Positions 20,322-30,678 of a stretch of DNA of 60,720 bases are shown here, in pieces (position 1 is the first letter of the stretch; each line of letters starts with the position of its first letter). Origin of the DNA: a virus. Lineage: Duplodnaviria; Caudoviricetes. A program made the translations under genes and the position numbers. Below the pieces are notes generated by a model that ran no database searches, was not told the DNA's origin, and saw only the letters and a program-made list of their open reading frames with translations. Where the stretch lies: positions 1 through 60,720 of the IMG/VR virus record IMGVR_UViG_3300009168_000011. One strand, given 5' to 3'.

Positions 20322-22135
20322 TAGCCGCCCCTCAGTTCCATCACCGTAGTGGCGATCTCCAGAGCCGTGACCTCGACGTTGCCGACGATCTTAACCTCCA
20401 ACGCCTTCGACCGGAACGGGGCAATCCGTACCGGTTCGAGCGAGGTCAGGTTGTGCGATGACCACAGTTCGCCATCGCCATAGAACAGAACCTGCACCTG
20501 CTTGGTCGACCCCTCCGGCGGGAGGTTCTTGAGGATGCTGCCGTTGACGTCGACCGTGTTGACCGGTGCCGTGTTGAGCGCCCCCATCAATCCGCCGGGA
20601 TCGTCGAACATATCCTCGTTGGCTGCGATGATATCGTCCCGCAGCTTCACGTAGTCAGCCATGTCGGCGAGTTCAGAGTACACCGCATCAAGCCGGAACG
20701 CGGAGAAGGTCATGCCGTATGGCAGGGGGAAAATCTTCGACCGCCACTCGTAGTTGAGCGGGGCGTTGACGTTGAAGTCGAGTTCGTAAATCAGGTTGTC
20801 GACCGGATCGACGTAGTAGAGCCGTCCGGTATAGGTGTCGATGTGCACGGCGCTCGCCCGGAAGCTGATATTGGACAGGGCAGGCGGGTCATCCCGCCCG
20901 ATCACCATCGCCTTGTTGCGCAGCGGCGTCGTCGGGTAGGTGGCGAAGTACCGCCCGTCGTAGACCGCGCCGCTCATCAGGCTCGGCAGCTGCTGCTGCC
21001 ACTCGTCGCGCCGGAACAGTGCACCCGTGATCACGCCGCGCATACTCGGCCCGATCCCGACCATCCCTTCCGGGCTGGCGTAGAGCACGCCATACTCGTC
21101 ACTGGCGATGGACCGCTTGGACACGCACGGCTGGATGATCGGCACGCGCTCGACCGCCATCTGCGCCGGGTCGACGCCGTTGAGGATGTACGGCCAGCGG
21201 TTGGTCATCACGACGATGGACGCGCCGAACACCTTGAGCCCGATGATGTCGTCCTCGACCGCGATTGCAAAGCCTATCGGCCACGCGTGCGGATAGTAGG
21301 GGACAGAGAAGTAGATCGTGCTGCCAATGAACCCGGCAAAGAAGCCGTTGGGGTGCGTCACCAGCCCCTGCAGGTCATCGGGTGGCGGTGTCCAGCCTTC
21401 GGTCGTCAGCGGCTCTCCTAGCTCGGCTGCCGTGCTGTCATCGACGTAGGTCAGCGTCGAGATCGGTATCTCCTCGACGAACAGGTAGGCGTCGCTGGTG
21501 CCGCCAGTGACCGACCGGTAGATGCGGGTGTGGGTAATGTTGTACTCGGGGTCCGGCAGCGGTGCGCCATCGAACCCGGTCAGCTGAACTGTCTGCCCCG
21601 GCTGCACGTCGACGAGATTGGACGGCGGCGATGGTGCGCTCTCCTGCGACACCAAGCCGAACGTCGAGACGTAGGTATAGACGTAGACACGGGTCTCGAT
21701 CACTCCCGTCCCAGTGCCGACAGCAGTTGCCACCAGTGGCGGGACCGGGGTCGGCACGCCCATCGGCATCCACGTTTGCGGGTACGGCTCGCCGGGTGCA
21801 CCAGCCGCCACCATGTCCTTGTTGATCTGCTTCGGAGGGCCGTCACCCGTGTAGTACAATCGGTAGTCGGTATCGCCGACGACGGGACTGAGCGCGATGT
21901 CGACGTCCGTATCCCATGTCAGCCAGTAAGACGGGCCAGCCGTGTAATACTTGTAGATCGTTAGGGGGGCGGTGCCCACTGGAGGGGTGTAGACGTGCAG
22001 CGGGCCACGCCAAGCCCGCAGCGCACCGGAGTACAGCTTGACGTTGTCGGCCTGCTGCGCCTGTCCCTGCTCAAGAAGCGTAGGGTTCAGGCGCGGTACA
22101 AGCCCATCGAAGTGGTCGATGGTGAGTTTCGGCAC
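20321..22135 (-). CDS. tail nozzle / stabilization protein
   Basis: FDGLVPR N-terminus, RIYRS, FSVPYYPHAWP, CVSKRSI, WRSKIF; size and position. Confidence 0.65.
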   Translation of the reverse strand: MPKLTIDHFDGLVPRLNPTLLEQGQAQQADNVKLYSGALRAWRGPLHVYTPPVGTAPLTIYKYYTAGPSYWLTWDTDVDIALSPVVGDTDYRLYYTGDGPPKQINKDMVAAGAPGEPYPQTWMPMGVPTPVPPLVATAVGTGTGVIETRVYVYTYVSTFGLVSQESAPSPPSNLVDVQPGQTVQLTGFDGAPLPDPEYNITHTRIYRSVTGGTSDAYLFVEEIPISTLTYVDDSTAAELGEPLTTEGWTPPPDDLQGLVTHPNGFFAGFIGSTIYFSVPYYPHAWPIGFAIAVEDDIIGLKVFGASIVVMTNRWPYILNGVDPAQMAVERVPIIQPCVSKRSIASDEYGVLYASPEGMVGIGPSMRGVITGALFRRDEWQQQLPSLMSGAVYDGRYFATYPTTPLRNKAMVIGRDDPPALSNISFRASAVHIDTYTGRLYYVDPVDNLIYELDFNVNAPLNYEWRSKIFPLPYGMTFSAFRLDAVYSELADMADYVKLRDDIIAANEDMFDDPGGLMGALNTAPVNTVDVNGSILKNLPPEGSTKQVQVLFYGDGELWSSHNLTSLEPVRIAPFRSKALEVKIVGNVEVTALEIATTVMELRGG

Positions 22136-22151
22136 CTGCCCCTCGCTTTCG

Positions 22152-23729
22152 TTAGCTGGGCTTCGCCTTCGACGTCGCCTTCACGTTGTCCTTCAGGTCG
22201 AGCTTGAGTTGCCTGCCCTGCGTTTTGCCTTTCGGCTTGGACGACTTGTCATCCTTCTTGTCGTCCGGCTTGCCGAGCACCGCGTCCTTCAGCCGCTGCC
22301 CCACGCCGGGGTGTGCCGCCCTCTCGGCGCGGTCCTTGTCGCCCTGACGCGTTGCTTCGGCAGCGCGGTCGGCCTCACGCTTGCGGGCCTCGGCCTCCTT
22401 CTCCCGCTGCCCCGACGCGCCCGTGGGTTTCTCGTCGGGCGGGGTCGGAAGCGGAGTGCCTGCCGACACGTCGGTGTCTTTCGCCTGCGCCGCCTCGCGC
22501 ACCTTGGCCTCCGCGTTGACCCGCGCCTGCGCAGCTTCCTGCGCTTGCAGGTGCGCCTCGTTCCAAGCGGCCTGCTCATCCTCGGTCAGGCCCTCAGGCG
22601 GCGGCGGCAGGTCACCCGTGCCAGTCGAGACATGCTCCGACTGCGCCTCGGGATCGACCTTCCTCACCTTCTTCGCATCGCCCGGCTTGGCCGGGTTGAG
22701 GCCAATGTCGCCCGCTTGCGGCGGACGCGGCGGGTCGTAGGACGGCGGCAGCTGCCGACCCTCCTGCTCCGGCACGCCTGCCTTGAGCGGCGGTCGCGGC
22801 GTCTCAGCCCTCACCCCGACACCCGGCTGGAGCGGCGGCGGCGGCTGGGTGCCCGCAGGTCCCGGCATGATCGGATACTCGGGCGAGCCTCCGCCGGGGC
22901 TGGGGAACGACTGCGCAATCGGGTGCACCGGCCCGTCGCCGAAGTTCATCGCCGGGAGAGTAGCCGCAGTGTCCGGCCATTCCTCCAGATGGGTCGGCTG
23001 CGGCGGCTGCCCGGCTATCGGCTGCGACGGGTGCGGCACGTTCTCGCGCGTCTTCAACTCCAACGGCTTGACGCGCGTGCCGTCCTCGTCGAAGTCGTCT
23101 GCCTCCGTCGGGAGGACGGACCCCATGTTGGGGTCAGCCTCATCCCTCGGGGGGATATCGCCGGAGCCGGTCGAGACATGCTCCGGGATTACCCGGTGCG
23201 CGTCGTCCGGCATGTACGGCGTGACCTCGGGCGGGGCACCCTTCTCAAGCTCCGGCGGAGCCTGCGGGTTTCCCTCCTTGTCCGCCGTCTGCTGTCGCGG
23301 ATCGCCTTCCTCCTCGTGGCCGATCATCGGCTGCTGCTCGGACAGGCTCGTGTGCGGATAGCGGTCGGGGTACAAATCCTTGTACTCCTCCGGGTTCTGC
23401 GCCGGACCGGTCGGCTGGGCTTCCCCGCCGACACCCGGAGCGCCGGGCACGTTGACTTCGGGGTAGGGCAGGTAGGTCGGGGCTGCGCCGGTCACTGGCT
23501 CCTGCTCATCGTCCTTGCGTACGAGGCCCATCTCCTCGGCCCGCTTCCGCCCGTCGGCGGTGATCTCGAACGTGCCGCCCGTGAATGTCCCCAACGAAAC
23601 GATGTTGCCATCAATCGTGGCCACCAGCGTGCCGCCTGCAGTGTAGGCGTCCTTGGTGCCAGAGTAGAGCCTCTCACCGACCTCACGGATTTCGGTCTTG
23701 TCCATGTCGTCGACACGCTTGCCAGTCAT
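22152..23729 (-). CDS. Pro/Glu-rich, largely disordered protein
   Basis: Translationally coupled start; low-complexity composition. Confidence 0.7.
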   Translation of the reverse strand: MTGKRVDDMDKTEIREVGERLYSGTKDAYTAGGTLVATIDGNIVSLGTFTGGTFEITADGRKRAEEMGLVRKDDEQEPVTGAAPTYLPYPEVNVPGAPGVGGEAQPTGPAQNPEEYKDLYPDRYPHTSLSEQQPMIGHEEEGDPRQQTADKEGNPQAPPELEKGAPPEVTPYMPDDAHRVIPEHVSTGSGDIPPRDEADPNMGSVLPTEADDFDEDGTRVKPLELKTRENVPHPSQPIAGQPPQPTHLEEWPDTAATLPAMNFGDGPVHPIAQSFPSPGGGSPEYPIMPGPAGTQPPPPLQPGVGVRAETPRPPLKAGVPEQEGRQLPPSYDPPRPPQAGDIGLNPAKPGDAKKVRKVDPEAQSEHVSTGTGDLPPPPEGLTEDEQAAWNEAHLQAQEAAQARVNAEAKVREAAQAKDTDVSAGTPLPTPPDEKPTGASGQREKEAEARKREADRAAEATRQGDKDRAERAAHPGVGQRLKDAVLGKPDDKKDDKSSKPKGKTQGRQLKLDLKDNVKATSKAKPS

Positions 23730-23905
23730 GATTTCTTTCCCTTCCCGAAGATCGGGGCCGCGCTGCCGCCGCCTATTTTACCCGGACGCGGCACGGAGGC
23801 GAAGGTGCCACCCTGCGGGTCAGCGGAGTATTCGCTGATTGTGTTGACGGGCTTGGTCGCCTTGCCCAAGGACTTCAGTCCGCCAATGTTTTTCGGGGTT
23901 GCCAT
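23726..23905 (-). CDS. 59-aa basic protein (not in ORF track)
   Basis: AGGAGG SD; MATPKNIGG...GKGKKS; ATGA overlap with the next gene. Confidence 0.7.
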   Translation of the reverse strand: MATPKNIGGLKSLGKATKPVNTISEYSADPQGGTFASVPRPGKIGGGSAAPIFGKGKKS

Positions 23906-23915
23906 CGAGAGCCTC

Positions 23916-24353
23916 CTATGTCTTGCGTGAGATCATATCGACATACGCTGTTGCCTCGGGTGTCGTCTGCCCCACGCGGCGAACGGTGACAGCGATCCTA
24001 GCAGTGATAGACTGGTTTATAGAGGTATTCGCCACGATATACCACTGGTGCGATACGGTTAATGGCAGCCACGCACCGAGCGTCCCGTTAACCGGGCCTC
24101 CGCTTATAGTCTGCGTGTAGACCTCGAAGTTTCCAGCCGCTCCGAGTGGGTCCACCCAGTGCTCCAGCACGTTACCGGCACCCGCTGTGGAAAGCGGGGC
24201 GATGCAGGCTTTGCCGTTGGAGTTAAGTTCATACCCGACCCGCTGCGCGGTGTTGGACCCAGTAGTCAGCATCGACTGGTCGTGCAGGGAGATCACACCC
24301 GGCAGCCCAGCCAGTCCCTTGGTGGCGAACAGGAGTTGCTGGATACCGCTCAT
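23916..24353 (-). CDS. putative fibre-tip/adhesin protein
   Basis: Beta-rich ORF coupled to the upstream fibre gene. Confidence 0.5.
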   Translation of the reverse strand: MSGIQQLLFATKGLAGLPGVISLHDQSMLTTGSNTAQRVGYELNSNGKACIAPLSTAGAGNVLEHWVDPLGAAGNFEVYTQTISGGPVNGTLGAWLPLTVSHQWYIVANTSINQSITARIAVTVRRVGQTTPEATAYVDMISRKT

Positions 24354-25387
24354 ATAATAAACCAGATGTCGTTCTCGACGTGCAGCAGCGTCACGACCCC
24401 CTTCGGCGGCAGGGTCTTGGTGCCGGTAACAGACGAGTTGGCGTGGATCAGGATCGGCCCGCCCGAGCCGATGCTCAGGTCATTGGTGCCATTGTTGACA
24501 ATGGTCACCGCCATGCCGATGGGCAGCGGCACCAGCGCGAACGCCGGGACCGTGATCCCCTGCGCCCCGGTGTTCTTCCCATAAATGTGGCCACCCGCGT
24601 CCTTGAGGGCGATGGCATAGTTGCCATCCTGCCGGTTCTGCGGGACGTCGCGGTAGCCGATCACAACCTGCGCGCCGCCCGTGATAGTGTAGATCGTCGA
24701 CCCCGCCGCCAGCCCGACGATGGTCTTGTTGGTGAGGGTGTCGGTGGTGGCGCGGCCAACCATCACGTCGGTCGTGTTCGGGAACGTCAGCGTGGCGCTA
24801 CCGGCTGGGGCGGTCAGCAGGTTACCGGCAAGGCGGATGATGTTGCCCGTCGCCGTGTCGATGGTCTTGTTCGACAGGATGTTGGTGCTGTTCACGGTCA
24901 GCAGCGCCGAGCCGCCGACAGTCACCGGGTTCTGGAAATCTATCGCGGCCCCGCTGACAGCCAGCGGATACCCGATCACCAGCGACCCGGCCCGGATGGT
25001 GATGATGTCCAGCGCACTGTCGCCTAGCTCGACACTGCCGTACGCCTTGAACGGCCCGGTGATAACGCCGCCTTCCACGTCCATCTTGCTGGCCATGCCA
25101 GCCGCCGTGATCCTTAGCTCCAGCTTGTCATCGACATCGTACGTGCGCGCAGTCGTCCCCTCCTGCCCGCGCTGAACGACGAAGCTGTCATTGATCCGTT
25201 GCGTGCACTTGACGATCTCGATCTGGTTGGACGGGTTGACTAGCGTGGCGTGGAAGTATTCCCCCTTCGCACTGTCGGGGGCGGGGAACGCGTTGCCGTA
25301 GCCGCTGCTCAGGGTGATGGTCGTAATGCCGGGGCCGACGGATGCGGCGAGGGGACCAGTGGCATTGTTGGCGAACAGAGCAGGCAT
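24350..25387 (-). CDS. tail fibre protein
   Basis: FANNA..L N-terminus, EIVKCT, RGQEGT, ELRITA, TLTNKT repeats, IGYRDVPQN. Confidence 0.7.
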   Translation of the reverse strand: MPALFANNATGPLAASVGPGITTITLSSGYGNAFPAPDSAKGEYFHATLVNPSNQIEIVKCTQRINDSFVVQRGQEGTTARTYDVDDKLELRITAAGMASKMDVEGGVITGPFKAYGSVELGDSALDIITIRAGSLVIGYPLAVSGAAIDFQNPVTVGGSALLTVNSTNILSNKTIDTATGNIIRLAGNLLTAPAGSATLTFPNTTDVMVGRATTDTLTNKTIVGLAAGSTIYTITGGAQVVIGYRDVPQNRQDGNYAIALKDAGGHIYGKNTGAQGITVPAFALVPLPIGMAVTIVNNGTNDLSIGSGGPILIHANSSVTGTKTLPPKGVVTLLHVENDIWFII

Positions 25388-25396
25388 GACACCCCC

Positions 25397-25849
25397 TTAG
25401 GTAATGGTCACGGTCCACGTGATCGACAGGCTGTCCGTCGGGTCCTTGGTGATCGTCGTGTAGGTCGACCGGTTCTGCATCTGACCAGCGGATGCGGCGT
25501 TGAACAGTCCCGCCTCCTGCAGTGCTCCCGACCCAACCCCCGCTCCGAACGTGCAGACGTAGGTCGTTACGGTGGTGGAGTTGGTCGCCGAGGTCAGCGC
25601 CGTGCGCGACCCGGCGATCTCCGCCGCCAGCTGCGCGTCGCCGACCGCCGGGGCAGTGCCCCCCGTGCCGACCGCCATGTGGGTCATCGCTCCCAGCGAC
25701 GGGCTCGCCAGCATGCGGTTGGCGATGACGCTCTTGCCTACCGTAGTGACGAGGTTCTTGACCCTGCGACGCGCCTTGATGCGTCCCCTTCGGTCCCGCA
25801 GAACAATGTCCAGCTGACCCACGATCCTGATTGTGTCTTCACTCTGCAT
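25397..25849 (-). CDS. virion structural protein
   Basis: KNLVTTVG, MAVGTG, LQEAGLFNAAS, ITWTVT; start at ATG 25849 with AAGGAG SD. Confidence 0.7.
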   Translation of the reverse strand: MQSEDTIRIVGQLDIVLRDRRGRIKARRRVKNLVTTVGKSVIANRMLASPSLGAMTHMAVGTGGTAPAVGDAQLAAEIAGSRTALTSATNSTTVTTYVCTFGAGVGSGALQEAGLFNAASAGQMQNRSTYTTITKDPTDSLSITWTVTIT

Positions 25850-26540
25850 GAGCCGGGCTCCTTGCCTCTGGGGAATACTCCTCAACACCATCAATGAACA
25901 GCTGCGAAGACGGATCAGCGGTGAGCCGGTAGCTAGCTGACGTGCTCACGTCCGCAACGTAACAAATTGTCGGCCATGCCTCCAGCCGAACTGACGTGCG
26001 GTCCAGCGTCAGCGTAATCGTATCGAGCGCCGCAACGCTGTCGATCAGCGCACGTGTCGGATGCAGCGATATCTGGTCAACCGCAACAGCAACATCGTCG
26101 AGCGCAATCTTGCGGGTGACGCCTGTCGCGTCCTCCACGCCTACCGTGTCGTCGAATATCCGCTCAATGAGCAGCGCCTTGGTGAAGGTGTCGACTGCGC
26201 CCGCGAGATCGTTGAGCGTCCGCGCAAGGGTGATCTGCCGCGAGAAGCTGTCGCTCGTCCCCACGCTGTCGGCCAGCGTCCGCACACGGGCGAGGCTCTT
26301 GGTCAGGGCGTCGACTACCGCCGCCGTGTCTGCGTTCGTACGGATGTAGCTGACCGTGCGGCTGAACCCGTCAACGGCGGTGACCCCGTCGTTGGCCGTC
26401 AGTGCGTTGCCGCCCGCTATCGACACCAAGTCGGTAGCGATGACGCTATCGTTGAGGTTAACTATCCAGTTCTGGGGGGTGCGTGTACCGAAGTTGCCCG
26501 ATATGGGAGCCGAGGAGATCGGGCCGCCGGAGATCGACAT
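25839..26540 (-). CDS. virion structural protein with ~19-aa Asp-punctuated repeats
   Basis: RTLxDxxxxxD repeats; N-terminal ISSAPISG. Confidence 0.65.
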   Translation of the reverse strand: MSISGGPISSAPISGNFGTRTPQNWIVNLNDSVIATDLVSIAGGNALTANDGVTAVDGFSRTVSYIRTNADTAAVVDALTKSLARVRTLADSVGTSDSFSRQITLARTLNDLAGAVDTFTKALLIERIFDDTVGVEDATGVTRKIALDDVAVAVDQISLHPTRALIDSVAALDTITLTLDRTSVRLEAWPTICYVADVSTSASYRLTADPSSQLFIDGVEEYSPEARSPAHAE

Positions 26541-26553
26541 GCCACTCCTCCCT

Positions 26554-26931
26554 CTAGGCGAACGTCTCGCGGACTACGAACTGGATACGATCCTGCACCG
26601 TCAGGATGAAATTGTCCTCATGTATCGACACCTCGCCCTCATATTGTCCGGGCTTGACGTTGAGCGCGTTGACCGGCCAATCGAACCGCACGAGCCCGCC
26701 CTCGCCGGGCAGCCCCTCACCGGGGTCGATCTCACCCGAACAGGACGGCACGCCGGGCAGCTTCACGCCGAGGATTGTTTGCAGTGTGTCAATCGTTCCT
26801 ACCTGCCGAAACTTCATGTATGGCAGGACTGCCGGATCACTGAGATTGACCGGCCCCGTATTCTCGTCGCTGATCGCGGCGACAACACTGGGCTGGGTAT
26901 CTCCAGCCATGAGGCGGATGCGGCACGCCAT
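26554..26931 (-). CDS. BppU-N-like adaptor protein
   Basis: GDTQP...PVNLS...GLVRFDW...GQYEGEV...FVVRE. Confidence 0.55.
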   Translation of the reverse strand: MACRIRLMAGDTQPSVVAAISDENTGPVNLSDPAVLPYMKFRQVGTIDTLQTILGVKLPGVPSCSGEIDPGEGLPGEGGLVRFDWPVNALNVKPGQYEGEVSIHEDNFILTVQDRIQFVVRETFA

Positions 26932-26932
26932 C

Positions 26933-27580
26933 TCAGTCCATCCTGTTGGGGCGTACGACCAGCGTCGCCCGAGTGAGGCCCCGGTTACGGTCGGCGCGGG
27001 CGGACCCGACTGCGCCGTAGTACATGCGCCGGAACTTGGTTGCCTGATCATCGTCCGAGAACGACTGGTTGGGTATCTCGTGCAGCCGCGCCCGCGCGCC
27101 GTACGAGAGTGCATCGCCGTAACGATCCCACAGTTCGCCCGGCAAACCTGTCGCGTCCCGTGACGGGCGAAGCGCCAGCGTCGTGTGGATCAGCGACCCG
27201 CCCGCCTGCACCGTCGACGGCGATGGCAGGAGCAGCAGAGTGCACGGCTCCTGCTGGCTGAAGTAGGCCGGTCCCCCGGTCGACATCAGCCAGTAGCGCC
27301 GCGACATCAGCTGCACCGTATCCTCCCCGAGCGGCTGCAGTTCATTGCCGTCGTACCAAGCCTGATGAACCCGGACCAGCACCGCGCCCTTCGGCACGTC
27401 AAGCTCGTAGTCCGAGATGCCCTGCTCCGCCGGGATCGCCACCGAGTTGTACAGCCACGCGTGGGTCTTCTCGAAGAAGTCCACCGCTGTCGACTTGAGC
27501 GCCTCGGTAACCGCAAGCTCCGGCGCATCCGGCACGTAAGGCCGGACCAGCGCATACATCTCGTCCCAGCGCTTGATCAT
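26933..27580 (-). CDS. head-tail adaptor protein
   Basis: Position after capsid; PYVPDAP...DFFEKT..W, LALRPS. Confidence 0.6.
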   Translation of the reverse strand: MIKRWDEMYALVRPYVPDAPELAVTEALKSTAVDFFEKTHAWLYNSVAIPAEQGISDYELDVPKGAVLVRVHQAWYDGNELQPLGEDTVQLMSRRYWLMSTGGPAYFSQQEPCTLLLLPSPSTVQAGGSLIHTTLALRPSRDATGLPGELWDRYGDALSYGARARLHEIPNQSFSDDDQATKFRRMYYGAVGSARADRNRGLTRATLVVRPNRMD

Positions 27581-28257
27581 CTGGCCGTGGCCTTCATCGA
27601 CGGGTCAACAAGACCGAGTTGCAGGTTGGGGTTGGCTGCCAATTGTGTCGTCTCTCCCGTTTGCATGAAGCCCATGAAGGACTGCAGGAAGTTGGTCGCC
27701 AGCTGCAGCCCCGCAGCGAAGTCGCTGTCTTTCGAGTGCATCCGGTACAGCAGGTAGTCGAGCAGCGCCGTCTGGTAGAGCGGCTGCACGGTGATGTCGT
27801 TATCCACAGCCACGAGTTCGGGCGGGTCAGCGGCGTAAATCAGCTGCACCTTCCCCTTGCCGTTGTTCGGCGGCCATACGTAGAAATTGAGCGGCTCGGC
27901 GGGATCATACACATAGTTGCGCACAGTCTGCGCCGGGCAATGCAGGTGCCAATCCGGGTCGGAGGTATCGAGCACCTCGCGGCTGGAAACCCGAACCGCC
28001 CGCCCCGGCGCTTCCGTCGTCGGGTCGACGTTGCGGAGGATCGACAGCAGCATGTACGCGCCAACCGGCAGGACCTGCCTAGTCCCCCCTACGAGCGGTA
28101 CGATGTCGGTCTTGGCCGAGGCGGACGGGGCCATAGCGACGATTGTGCGTTGACCGTCCGAGAGCCAGAGCAATAGCTCGTCGTCCTGCCAACGCATCTT
28201 GCCCACGTCGATGGCCTGTAGTCGGGCACGATTGATGATGGCACTGGCGGCGACCAT
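27577..28257 (-). CDS. head-tail adaptor (DUF6682-like)
   Basis: RWQDDELLLWLSDGQ, GTRQ.LP, FYVWPP, ALLDYLLYR..SKDS. Confidence 0.65.
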   Translation of the reverse strand: MVAASAIINRARLQAIDVGKMRWQDDELLLWLSDGQRTIVAMAPSASAKTDIVPLVGGTRQVLPVGAYMLLSILRNVDPTTEAPGRAVRVSSREVLDTSDPDWHLHCPAQTVRNYVYDPAEPLNFYVWPPNNGKGKVQLIYAADPPELVAVDNDITVQPLYQTALLDYLLYRMHSKDSDFAAGLQLATNFLQSFMGFMQTGETTQLAANPNLQLGLVDPSMKATAR

Positions 28258-28320
28258 AAGCCCTCCACAGGTATGAGGAGAGCAATTCCGGTGCCGCCGT
28301 CAATGCTCCCCTCACCCTCT

Positions 28321-29277
28321 TTACCGGGTAACGATCCCCAGTACGAGCGCTTGCGGCTTGATGGTCTTGCGACCATAGACGCACAGGCCACGCACCAGCG
28401 TGCCGAAATCGGTCGGGTTGGGAAGGCTCTCAACCTTGTCGATCTGGCTCGCCCACGTGATCGCCATTTTGTGACCACCGAGCATTGCCTCGCGAGCAAC
28501 TGCACCGGCATTGACAGTGCCGTCGAAGTTGAACCCGGCGAGGCCCTGCGGCATCAGGTTCGACACGTAGATCGTGAACCGATCAATCATGCCGATCTTG
28601 CCGTTGCGGATCGTCGACTGGGCATCACCCGTCAGGTACGCCTGCTTCAGTTCGGAGTTCACCAGCGTGTTGCGAACGCGCGGGGAGACCAGCAGCCAAC
28701 GGTCCGTCTCCGGCACGTTCTGCTCGTCGAGCGCCGCCGCCATCGAGGTGATCAGCCCGACAATGGTATCCTTGTTCAGCGCAATCGGAACCGCGTCGGT
28801 GCCCAGCGAATAGCCGCTGGAAATCTGACCAGCCGTGCCGCCCATGTTCTTCGGGTCGGCGGTGCCGACCACGTACTTCAGGGCTTCGCGGTCAATGGCG
28901 ATGGCCATCTGCTTCGACGCGTCGTTGGTGAACATGTCCATCAGGTTCGGGGCCGACTGGACCTCGTACACGTCGGAGATGTTGACGCCGAAATAGTTGC
29001 CCTTGTCGATATCCATCTCGACCTTGTTCGGGGCGAGCACCTCGTACACGAGGTTCTGGCCGACCGTGTACGGATTGATGGAAACGGACGGAGCCTGCAG
29101 CATGATGATCTTGTCACCCATGCTCTTGATCTCGCCCTCGTAGTCGGTGTTGGCGATCTCGCCGAACACCGTCGTGGCGTACAGCTTAACGATCAGCTTC
29201 GACGACCAGAGCGTGGGAATGAACGTGCCCGAATATGCGGGGGTAGTGTTCTGCGGGGATTGTACCGGATACGGCAT
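28321..29277 (-). CDS. major capsid protein
   Basis: FIPTLWSSKL...IANTDYEGEI...GDK, GKIGMIDRFTIYVSN, VRGLCVYG; GGAGGG SD before ATG 29277. Confidence 0.9.
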   Translation of the reverse strand: MPYPVQSPQNTTPAYSGTFIPTLWSSKLIVKLYATTVFGEIANTDYEGEIKSMGDKIIMLQAPSVSINPYTVGQNLVYEVLAPNKVEMDIDKGNYFGVNISDVYEVQSAPNLMDMFTNDASKQMAIAIDREALKYVVGTADPKNMGGTAGQISSGYSLGTDAVPIALNKDTIVGLITSMAAALDEQNVPETDRWLLVSPRVRNTLVNSELKQAYLTGDAQSTIRNGKIGMIDRFTIYVSNLMPQGLAGFNFDGTVNAGAVAREAMLGGHKMAITWASQIDKVESLPNPTDFGTLVRGLCVYGRKTIKPQALVLGIVTR

Positions 29278-29380
29278 GACACCCTCCATGGGTCAGGTTG
29301 GGATGGAGATGGATGGGGTCGCCGTGTCGGCGGTATCCCGTGTGTCGTGCGCCCGCAGGGTCTGCTCCGATGTGGCCAGC

Positions 29381-29409
29381 ACTATAGCTCTGGCGTTTCG
29401 GTCGCGCAA
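29381..29409 (-). promoter_or_regulatory. capsid gene promoter
   Basis: TTGCGC-N17-TATAGT on the minus strand. Confidence 0.55.
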
Positions 29410-29426
29410 TATGCTAGTTAACAGGT

Positions 29427-29666
29427 GTGCCGACCGTCACTAAACTTTCTCAGGATGAGCTTGTCGCCATGGAGGCGCTGTCACGCATAGACGCGTGGCG
29501 GGTCGTTGCGGCCCGCATCCACCGCGAGGTCGACGCGATCAAGTTCAACCTCTCCACCGTCCCCGACGTCGACAGGTTGCGACAGCTGCAGGGCAGCGCG
29601 CAGGCACTGGAAGGTTTACTCTCCGAGGTTAACGGCGCACGGGATACTCTACGAAAGTTGGGATGA
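29427..29666 (+). CDS. small head-module protein
   Basis: W...LRQLQGSAQALEGLL, typical of the small gene between portal and scaffold. Confidence 0.65.
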   Translation: MPTVTKLSQDELVAMEALSRIDAWRVVAARIHREVDAIKFNLSTVPDVDRLRQLQGSAQALEGLLSEVNGARDTLRKLG

Positions 29667-29670
29667 AACG

Positions 29671-30669
29671 ATGCCTCCGAAACACGTCGAAGAAGCCAAG
29701 CGCATCGCCGAGGAACACGATGCCGAAGTCGCGGGACAGCCAGCAGCTGGAACGGAAGGCACGGCTGAGAAGGCTGGTAATGGAGCACCTCCGCCTGCAC
29801 CTGAGCCTGCGCCACAGCAGGCTCCAGACCTTACGCCTCCGCCCCCCGGCGACGACGGCGACTGGCAGCAGAAGTACCAGACCCTAAAGGGCAAGTTCGA
29901 CAGCGAGGTCCCCCGTCTCAGCGGCGAACTGCGCGAGACGCGCGGACAACTCAACGAGGTCCTCAACCGGCTCGACCAGATGCAGCCGCCGCAGCCGCAA
30001 GCGCAGCCTGCGCCCGAGGCACCGCTGGTCACCGACGAGGACATCGAGAACTTCGGCCCGGAACTGGCGGACTTCATCCGCCGCCAAGCCACGGTGGTGG
30101 CAAGCGGCATGACCGCCGGATTACGGGAGGAGAACGCAACCCTCCGGCAGCAGGTCGAACAGGTCGGGGCCACCACCGGACAGGTACAGGTCGACCGTTA
30201 CCTCACACGATTGAGGGAACTGGTGCCCGACTACGAGACGATCAATGTCGATCAGGGGTTTTTGAATTGGCTGGGCGAGATGGACCCGATGGCCGGAGTA
30301 CCCCGGCAGGCGTTCCTCAACACTGCGTTCGAGGCACGCGATCCGGACCGTACCGCAACGCTGTTCAATTCCTACAAGGAGCAGGCTGGCATTACCCCCC
30401 GTCAGCCTGCTCCGACGCCGCCCGCTCCCCAACCGCAGCCCGGCAACGGCGCTGTCCCAGCCGGACTGGAGACCCAGATATCGCCGGGCTCGGGAAGTGG
30501 CGGCGGTGTCCCGCAGGGCGGCACTGCCGACCAGATTTGGACCGCAGCCGACATCCGCAACTTCACCAACGACATCCTGCGCGGGACCTACAGGGGTCGC
30601 GAGGGCGAGCAGGAGGCTATACAGAACGCCATCGACAGTGCGATACTGGACGGCAGGGTTCGCGCGTAG
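29671..30669 (+). CDS. capsid scaffolding protein
   Basis: WQQKYQTLKGKFDSEVPRL, VPDYETIN.DQGFLNWL, C-terminal AI.DGRV. Confidence 0.75.
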   Translation: MPPKHVEEAKRIAEEHDAEVAGQPAAGTEGTAEKAGNGAPPPAPEPAPQQAPDLTPPPPGDDGDWQQKYQTLKGKFDSEVPRLSGELRETRGQLNEVLNRLDQMQPPQPQAQPAPEAPLVTDEDIENFGPELADFIRRQATVVASGMTAGLREENATLRQQVEQVGATTGQVQVDRYLTRLRELVPDYETINVDQGFLNWLGEMDPMAGVPRQAFLNTAFEARDPDRTATLFNSYKEQAGITPRQPAPTPPAPQPQPGNGAVPAGLETQISPGSGSGGGVPQGGTADQIWTAADIRNFTNDILRGTYRGREGEQEAIQNAIDSAILDGRVRA

Positions 30670-30678
30670 GAGGCTGAC

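Noticed and set aside
22038-23930. 630-aa plus-strand ORF and other long antisense ORFs (e.g. 10604-12088, 12933-14204, 59419-60669)
   Set aside because: Shadow frames of genuine genes in GC-rich DNA, with no recognisable motifs.
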